Of a stretch of DNA of 64,000 bases, positions 55,600 through 64,000 are shown piece after piece. The notes beneath the pieces were generated by a model. It was not told where the DNA came from. It saw only the letters and a list, made by a program, of their open reading frames with translations, and made no database searches. How positions within the stretch are numbered: the first letter of the stretch is position 1; the number at the start of each line of letters is the position of its first letter. The position numbers were made by a program, and so were the translations under genes. This stretch comes from Octopus vulgaris (lineage: Eukaryota), in contig OX597822.1 in NCBI GenBank assembly GCA_951406725.2, positions 19,282,001-19,346,000 on the forward strand, read 5' to 3'.

Positions 55600-56890
55600 T
55601 ATGAATGAAACAAATAAATTTGTATAAGAGTATTAGAGAATATACAGTAAATTGTTGTTATATAAATTAATTTAACTATGTGGTAATTTGAGTATATTTG
55701 AATTTTATCATAGTTAATTTAGAATTTTTAGGTTTCTAGTGAATAATATCCTACTGTTTAGTGATTTTATTCTCTCTTAGAGATTTTATTCTCTTTTTGT
55801 TAAAGCTAAAATGTATTTGTAATTTTCATTGATAAAATGTATATTTCCATCTGTTTGTTCTATTTCTTTAAGCCACATCTTCACGAGTAAATTTATAAAC
55901 ACTAAGTAATATGTTTTTCGTTTTGAAATTTTTTAGTTCATAATACACCTTTGGAGAGATAAGTATACTTTTTTATTTAAGAAATAATAATGTACTCTAT
56001 ATAAATATTGATTAATAAATATGAATTTCTAATTTTTTTATTTGTTAATGATAATTTAGATACGTACATTTATTTAATTATCATTATTTTATAATTATTA
56101 TATCTGAACGTAAATTGTAAAATATTAGTACTATTAAATTTAATAATGATAATAATAATAATAATAATAAGTACTTTTTTCACAAATAATTTTATAAACG
56201 ATAAGTTATATGGTTTCAGATTTGGAATTTTTTATTTTTTATCTTTTGTTATATATATATAATTTAGAAACAAATTTAGTTTGTTCATCAACAAAATGAG
56301 AACATCGTTAAATGAATAAATAATCCAACATCATAATATCCGAAAGTTGATGAACAAACTAAATTTGTTTCTCCATTTTCTTATTTGTATTATAAATTTA
56401 CGGTAAAAATATTTCTTTACCTTCACCCATTTAATACAATAAATGAGTTAATTGCATTGCAATTAAAAACATTTATGTATTAAGAATCTGGGTACTTTAC
56501 CAACAGTATATTGGATAAATGCTATCCCATACTGGGTTACACCCATAACCCCTATCTTACTTTGTTTTATATATATTATATATACATATAACAAAAAATA
56601 CATATAAAGAAAATCATATCTTTATTTTAGATCTCATCGTATAAATCCAACAATTGTTCAGCCAATAATGGATTATAAGGTGGAATCTTTTGGGGTGTAA
56701 AAATTTGTTTGATATCATTAAGATCTGTATCAAAAAGATCATCACTATTACTATTATTATTGAAGTAGTATGCATGCCACCTCTTATGATAAATAAGTGA
56801 ATTAGTCTTACTAATTCAATTCTTCATATATTCTTTTGTAGGCGGTAAAGGTATATCCTTTATAAATGTGTTGACAAAAATTTTCTCCAT
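55600..56890 (-). mobile_element. AT-rich decayed Penelope-like element pieces (Naiad-like)
   Basis: 56890-56627 translates as MEKIFVNTFIKDIPLPPTKEYMKN*ISKTNSLIYHKRWHAYYF...QKIPPYNPLLAEQLLDLYDEI*, resembling the KNIPxP/RWKA/PP N-terminus of Naiad-type PLEs. A possible LNKxSxLIS C-terminal remnant lies near 55955-55982. Confidence 0.55.
56266..56372. repeat. Perfect 27-bp inverted repeat with a 53-nt spacer
   Basis: agaaacaaatttagtttgttcatcaac / gttgatgaacaaactaaatttgtttct. Confidence 0.9.
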
Positions 56891-58304
56891 ATCAAGGATA
56901 ATCCACCATAAGCACTCCAAACAAAGAGAATGATAGAGTATGTAATTAGAAGAAAAAATTAGATTTAAAAATCCTGGCAGATATCAGTAAAGCACCCAGT
57001 ATTAAAGGAATTTGCTTAAATTCTGTAAAAGGATAGCTGAATTTACCTGGGATATGTATTCTACTTACATTTACTGGTATCTGATTGTTGAACATTTAGC
57101 CAAATTCTTTGATTGGCCTGAAGCTATAGTTGAGGACCTTGGGTGAGGTGCCATACAGTAGAAATGAACTCAAAACTGTATGGTTGCAAACTGAACTTTT
57201 TAACCACACAGCCATGGCAGCACCTAGATATTTGTAGCTATGTATAAAAATATACAGATGTGTAGTATTATATACACACAGCACTCTACAGTTATTTACA
57301 TTGAATCACTACCAATCCAAGTATGTGGTTAGCCAATATGTACAAATATGTATCATTGTGAAAATTCTTGTATTTGGATGAATATGTGTGCTGTGTTTGT
57401 GACAAGCAGGTGGCTGAATTAAATAGTAATTGTGATGTCAAAGTGGTGATAGTAAAGGTGAAGAAAGCCATATCCATCATGCTGTTATAGTGGTGGTGGA
57501 GGCAGTGAGTTACTCAGCACAAAAGGGTAAGTGCAAAGTGGGTTGCCAACTGTCTGAATGAATTCTGTTTCTACATATGTCTGATATTTGAAGCTAGGAA
57601 ATGAATTACATAGACAGATGTCACCAAAGGTCAAGCTAAACTAAGTTTCCTGTCTCCAATATAAATAGAAAGTTGATAAAGAGAACAATCTGAAAATGAG
57701 CCAAGATTCCCTGACAATGAATTGTAAGTTTGACAGATTAAATCTCAAAGTATCGGTCCATAACTGACTTCTTTTACAAATTTATGAAGTACACTACAAA
57801 ATATAGGATCAATAAGATTGCGCAATCCACTGTTACATGAATAAAGTCAATAGGTGATTTATATTTTTACATAATAACTAATTTCCTTTATATAATCAAT
57901 TTCAGTAGATATAAAAGTGGTTATATTCATAATTACTTAATCACATAATTGAAATATTGATTTTTAATGTAGGCACAAGACTTCACATTTGGGGAGGGCT
58001 TCGTTGATTATATCAACCCCACTACTTAACTGGTGCTTATTTTATTGACTCTGAAACAACATTCTAAGATTACTGCTCTAATGTGTCAGAGTGCGCGTCT
58101 TCTCGGATGTGTGTGTGTATTTCCTTCCCAAATAATTATTTTTTAAGTAACTTTTTGATGCTCACTATATTAAATGTTAACATTAAGACTTTACTGTTAT
58201 TTTTCATGGATATGGGTGTCTCAGAGAAACTCCCTTCAGTGATTGATTTCTTTAAATATGCTAATTGTTAAGTGTCACGTGTGTACAGTCATGCAGTGAT
58301 TTTC

Positions 58305-61152
58305 TCATGCAAATGATATTATGGTTTGCAATACTAACTTCAGGAAACCTGCCAGTCACCTAGTCACCTACCGTTCTGGCAAACACACTAGCCAAATTGA
58401 CTACTTCCTCGCCAGAAAAAGGGAAAGATGGCTGCTTATAAATGCCAAAACCTTCCCAGGTGGAGAATGTACTCCACAACAGAGACTAGTAGTTAGTGAC
58501 TTCAGGATCAGGGCTAAATGGTTGCCCAGAAGATGTCCAGCATGGAAGCTTAAAAGATCCGTGAACGGACAGAGGTTTAGAGACATATTACTCGAAGCCT
58601 TTGACAAAATAGAAGGGGATATAGCTTCACACGATGTAGAAGACAACTGGAGGTTTCTACGAGACAACCTGCTGAGGGCCACTGACCAGATCTGTGGATG
58701 GTGCAAAGTCCCCTCTCGAACCAAAATAATGTGGTGGTGGAACAATGTTGTTGACAGGGCTATTAGAGAAAAGAAACAGGTTTGGAAGGACTGGAAGAAT
58801 GGTGGTAGCAGGGAATTGTATCAGACTGCCAGAAGGGAAGCTAGGAGACAGGTTTATTTAGTCAGAGGGGAAGCAGATAAGAAAAAATTTGCCGATGTCC
58901 TGCACCATGAAGACCAAAGACTTGAGGTATTTCGTGTTGCAAGACAGTGTGTGAGAGAGAATCATGATGCTGTAGGAGAGAAATGTGTCCGCATGGATGA
59001 TGGTTCACTAGCACTAAACGAGGCTGCAAAGAGAGAGGTTTGGGATGCCACTATGAAAGGTTGCTCAATAAAGAAAATGAATGGGAGAAAGAGAGTCTGC
59101 CGAATGTCAACCCAACAGAGGAACCACTTATCGTAGTTGACAGTACCTTATTAGATAAAGCAATTAAGAGTATGAAGACAGGGAAAGCCCCTGGCCCATC
59201 AGAAATCACTGCAGAGATGCTCAAAATATCTGGTGGTGTCGGCTATAGCCTAGTCACCTGTATAGCTAACCAGGTGATACATGAAGGAGTCATACCCAAT
59301 GACTATAGTCAGCTGCTACAAAGGTAAAGGTAATGCTTTAGATACAAATAATTACAGAGGTATCATGTTGTTGGATCAGGTAATGAAGGTCACAGAGAGG
59401 GTTATAGCCCAACTAATTAAGGAGAGTCAGTTTAGATGAGATGCAGTTTGGGTTCATGCCAGGGAAAAGCACCACTGATGCTACATTTCTGGTAAGACAA
59501 CTGCAGGAGAAATACCTAGCCAAAGATAAACCTCTGTACCTGACTTTTGTTGACATGGAGAAAGCCTTTGACAGAGTCCCCCAATCCCTTATCTGGTAAT
59601 CAATGAGGAAACTAGAGATAGATGAATGATTAGTGAGAGTTATGCAAGCCATGTACAGGGACACTAACAGTAAGGTGAGGGTTGGCAGCGAGTACAGTGA
59701 AGAATTCTGGGTAGAGGTAGGGGTCCACTAAGGTTCAGTCCTCAGCCCCCTTCTATTTATTATAGTCCTCCAGACAATAACAGAGGAATTCAAGACAGGA
59801 TGCCCCTGGGAGCACCTCTATGCTGACGACCTTGCTCTACAGAACTAGAGGAGAAGTTTCAGGTGTGGAAACAAGGATTAGAATTGAAGGGCCTTAGAGT
59901 CAACCTAGCTAAAACCAAAGTCCTAATAAGCAGGAAGGCAGGCAAACCACAAATCCCTTCAGGTAGTTGGGCCTGCTCGATCTGTAGAAAAGGTGTAGGT
60001 AGAAACTCTATAAAATGTACCCAGTGTAAGCTATGGACACATAAGAGGTGCAGCAATATCAAAGGAAGGTTAACAGGGAAGATAGTTTTTGCATGTGGTA
60101 GATGCTCAGGAGCAATAAACACTGAAAATGTGCAGAGAACAATTTCCGACACATTCCAGGGAGAAAAACTAGAAGTAGTTGATAGCTTCCGTTACCTAGG
60201 TGACCAAGTCAGTAGCGGGGGGGGGCGCTGAAAGTGTAGCTGCTAGAATAAGAATAGCCTGGGCAAAGTTCAGAGAGCTCTTACCTCTGCTAGTGACAAA
60301 GGGCCTCTCACTCAGAGTAAAAGGCAGACTATGACGCATGTGTATGAACAGCCATGCTACATGGCAGTGAAACATGGGCCATGATTGCTGAGGACATGCA
60401 TAAGCCCGCAAGGAATGAAGCCAGCATGCTCCGATGGAAGTGTAATGTCAGTGTGCATACTCGACAGAGTGTTAGTGTTGAGAGAAAAGTTGAACCTAAG
60501 AAGCATCAGATGTGGTGTGCAAGAGAGATGCCTATGCTCATATGGTCATGTGGTGAGAATGGATGAGGATAGCTGTCTGAAAAAGTGCCACACCCTAGCG
60601 GTTGAGGGAAACTGTCGAAGAGTAGACCCAGGAAAACCTGGGATGAGGTGGTGAAGCATGACCTTCGAACATTAGGCTTCACCGAGGCAATGACTAGTGA
60701 CCGGAGCCTTTAGAAATATGCTGTGCTTGAGAAGACCTGGCAAGCCAAGTGAGACCATAACCTCGTGGCCTATGCCAGGGATGTTACCAACCCACTTATG
60801 TGTACCTTTCCTGCATGGGACACTAAACTCTGCTTGCGAAGATCTGTTGAGGCAAGTGAAATTGAAATCGAAATCAAATTCGATGACTGACATCCATGCT
60901 AGTGGAGCGCTAAGAGCACCATCTGAGCAAACTGGCTTCCGTGCTGGTGGCATGTAAAAAGCACCATTCGAGCGTGATCGTTACCAGCCTCGCCTTACTG
61001 GCACTTGTGCTGGTGGCATGTGAAAAAACATTTGAGCGAGGTCATTCAGATTGAAGTCTGGTGCAGCCATCTGGCTCGCCAGTCCTCAGTCAAATCGTCC
61101 AACCCATGTTAGCATGGAAAGCAGACATTAAACGATGATTATGATGATGATG
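58305..61152 (+). mobile_element. RTE-clade LINE, 5'-truncated and disabled: end of AP endonuclease, RT, Cys/His (PHD-like) insert, 3'UTR
   Basis: TYRSGKHTSQIDYFL..QQRLVVSD; KTGKAPGPSEI; QFGFMPGKSTTDA; FVDMEKAFDRVP; LYADDL; CSICRKGVGRNSIKCTQCKLWTHKRC; FRYLGD; (GAT)n tail. Several stops and frameshifts. Confidence 0.95.
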
Positions 61153-61199
61153 CTTCAGCAAGTGTGATGATATTTTGTTGAGGATGTCAAGTGCCCCTA

Positions 61200-61615
61200 T
61201 CTTTTAACATCCACTTTTCCATTCTTGCATGGGTTGGACAGAGTTTATTGAGGAAACTTTTCTATGGCCATATGGCCTTCCTGTCACCAAACTTCACCTG
61301 TTTACAAGCAAGATAATATATTCTTAATCCCAGACATGTTCTTATAGAATATCAGAAATGAATGACACTGTTTGCTTAATAGTGACAATCATTTTACAAT
61401 TATCGTGCAATGCCAAGGCAAGGAGACAAACAGACAGACACACATGTATATATAATGGGCTTTTTAGTTTCCATCTACCAAATCCATTCACAAATCTCTG
61501 GTCAACCTAGATCTATAATAAAAGATGCTTTTCCAAGGTACCATGCTGCGGGACTGAACCCAGAGCCATGTTGCTGAGAAGCAAACTTCTTACCACACAG
61601 CTATGCTTGTGCCTC
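61200..61615 (-). mobile_element. Composite SINE: tRNA head plus RTE-like tail
   Basis: Same architecture as 9596-9962 and 10790-11170. Confidence 0.7.
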
Positions 61616-62105
61616 TACTTGTCAAAAATTATTAAAATATTAGCCACTGAGTTGTTGTCTTTTCCTAACTATATAAATTATTTTTAATTAACTTCTAGAT
61701 CAGAAATTCTCAACCTTTTGTTGCTTGGTTCCCCCTTTTATAGAATACCATTTAGCAAGCACCTCTAATGTATGTTTTCATAAAAAGCAATAAAGAAAAG
61801 AAAATTATTTTAATCATACAAGCTAATTTTACACAGTGATTTCATATTCATATTTTCTTATACTATCCCACCCAGCAAGTGTCTGTTCTTTGATATTTGC
61901 ATAGACTACTGTCTATCTATGTTAATTTCTAGTAGGAAATACTGAAAAAGTGAGGGCTTATATTATGCAATTATATTGGACATTGGCTCATTATCACTCT
62001 TGTTTCTCCTTGTTGATAACACAATGTCCTATTTATGTTTTAATCCTGACAAATAGCATTTTTGAAAGTATACTTAAAATATAAGTGTTGTTCTTGGTTT
62101 CAATA

Positions 62106-62311
62106 TTTACCTTGCGCGTGTAAACAAAAGCAGGGTATTGTAATCATTCATATTTGTTTGTTTGTCTGTGTGTTTGCAAAATTACTGGGGAACAGCTGAA
62201 TGGATTTTCACCAAATTTGGCAGAAATACTCATTGGGAGAGTGGCTCAAAATGATGAAAATTTGGTCTGATTATTTTCAGACATACATAAATACATACAT
62301 AGATATGCAAC

Positions 62312-62365
<54 letters not shown>

Positions 62366-62608
62366 TGTACAGTGATGGATTCGAGGGTTTTGTTTATTTA
62401 TGAGTTGGTTTCTTAATTTATAATTTATTTACGAGTTGATTTCTTAATTTATAAAGTATAAATGCCTCTAATGCTGATATTTAGAAATAAAATTAATTCA
62501 GTTCAATTAAAAAGCATGGGTAAGCAATGCATTGTAAGCTACACTATAATTTGCAAAAAAAAATTATCTGCGTGCAAGGTGTGCACTGCCCTTCTGATAC
62601 CTTTCTTT
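62106..62608 (+). mobile_element. Helentron-associated non-autonomous element (HINE/DINE-1-like)
   Basis: 5' tttACCTTGCGCG with nearby partial inverted copy gcagggta; (TTTG/TCTG)n; gattttcaccaaatttgg; 3' subterminal IR CGTGCAAGGT; T-rich end. Confidence 0.6.
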
Positions 62609-62796
62609 TTCATTTATTAATAAAAGTGTGAAGGTAGATGGCATTGTGGTTAGGGTGTTGCTCTCATAATCACAAGATCATGGTTTCAATAGCTAGACTG
62701 GCAGTGCATTGTATTCTTGAACAAAACACTCCATTTCCTGTTGCTCCAGTCCACTCAGCTGTAAATAGGTAACCTTGTGATAGACTGGTATTCCAT

Positions 62797-63022
62797 TTAA
62801 CCCTTTTGTTACCATATTTCTGTTGAGATGCTCTTTGTTTCTTTCAATTAATTTTAGATATAACGAAAAATTAGTAAAATAATTTAGTTTATCATTAAGC
62901 TAGTGTTAGGAACATAAATTGTGATTAAGGTTTGGTGGAAGATTTTAATTTAGAACTTTTGAAAACAAGACATTTGTACTACAGAGCCAGAGGCGGTTTC
63001 AGCCAGGTTGGTATCAAAAGGA
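62797..63022 (-). mobile_element. piggyBac-derived MITE
   Basis: TTAA|CCCTTTTGTTACCATATTTCTG ... ggcggtttcagccaggttGGTATCAAAAGG. Confidence 0.8.
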
Positions 63023-63717
63023 TTTTGACTGCATCATTCGAAAGCTACAACAATGCAAAGATGAGCATTGTGACTGGTGGTATATAATATCAACCACTTT
63101 ACAGCATGTTCTGGGTGCCCTTTTTGCGACACTTGCACCAGTGGGGTTACCAAGTAACTTGCAAGACAAGCCCCCTCAACTGAGTGGGGAGTAGTGTTGA
63201 GGGAGGTAGTCTTATGCCAAGTAGTGCAAGGTTAAAGTACGATAAAAGGACAGGAACAGGTGTCTCAATGTGGGGGAAATTCATGGTTACCTCATTTGGG
63301 AAAGAAAGGAGATGGTGGTGAAGGTGTGTGAGGGCATATCCTCAAGTTACAGAAAGTTGAACGTAAGAGATGTATGGACAGGGAGGGAGAGTTGCAGATG
63401 GATAGAGAAGGAGATTGAGGGGAGTGCAGTGAGGAGTGGGCATGGATTGAGGCATGGTCAATCATGAATATCAGTTAGAACAGCAGACAGAGGAAGCAGA
63501 TGTGGATTAAAAAGTAATATGAGACAGTAAAAATGTGTGTGTGTATGTGTGTAATATATATATATATATATATATATATACGTTTAAATATTTGTTGTGC
63601 AAGATTTTTTATGTGAAGTCGTGTGTTGAAACAGATATTGTTATATTTCGGAATGGTCATATTGCCAGTTTAGCCAATAAAAACACACGCACTATATATT
63701 TGGTGTTATTTTGCTTC

Positions 63718-64000
63718 AGTGATATTTATTTTTTACATTAATCTTAATCTTATTTCGGCCAAAGTTCTTTCGTCACACTCCTGTGACCACATCAGTGGTC
63801 CTTTGTTTTCTTCTCACTTATTTGTGTCTCTCCTTACTAACCGTCAGCCATTTTGAATTTCTATTGTATGTCTTCATTTGCGCATGCTTATATCTCTATG
63901 TGCGTCTATGTTTATTTAGTGTGTGTGTGGGTCACAGGAGTGTGATGAAAGAACTTTGGCCGAAATAAGATTAAGATTAATGTAAAAAATAAATATCACT
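63718..64000. repeat. Inverted repeat, 71-bp arms with one mismatch (63718-63788 / 63930-64000), running off the window; left arm overlaps a hammerhead-like motif at 63757-63800 (minus)
   Basis: Direct comparison of the arms; minus strand reads GACCA-CUGAUGu-G-GUCACA ggag UGUGAC-GAAA-GAAC-UU-UGGCC. Confidence 0.85.

Noticed and set aside
55420-57080. Mitochondrial insertion (NUMT) or parasite contamination, suggested by extreme AT content
   Set aside because: No recognisable mitochondrial rRNA, tRNA or protein motifs. The block contains a host SINE tail, a repeat shared with 46.7 kb and a PLE-like peptide.
62393-62454. 30-bp tandem duplication (similar short one at ~25256-25337)
   Set aside because: Ordinary local slippage duplication.

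Overview
AT-rich, microsatellite-rich animal genomic DNA. The SINE/LINE repertoire strongly resembles an octopus (inference). No intact protein-coding gene was found. The window is mostly decayed transposable elements: a near-complete RTE LINE (58.3-61.15 kb) plus fragments, a Neptune-like Penelope element with RT and GIY-YIG (52.7-55.3 kb), a hidden AT-rich Naiad-like Penelope remnant (55.6-56.9 kb), an internally deleted piggyBac with a matching MITE family, maT/mariner relics, Helitrons, a Helentron-type HINE, CR1-type 3' ends and many tRNA-derived SINEs. A CpG-retaining stretch at about 38-43 kb holds a candidate minus-strand host exon ending ATG|GTAAGT, so much of the left of the window may be intron. 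The most notable signal not covered by the ORF track is a set of at least five loci with type I hammerhead-ribozyme motifs. One has an intact catalytic core (17842-17935, minus strand); several lie in fold-back or direct-repeat arrangements typical of Penelope pLTRs or retrozymes. Boundaries are read by eye and family names come from motif recognition, not database searches.
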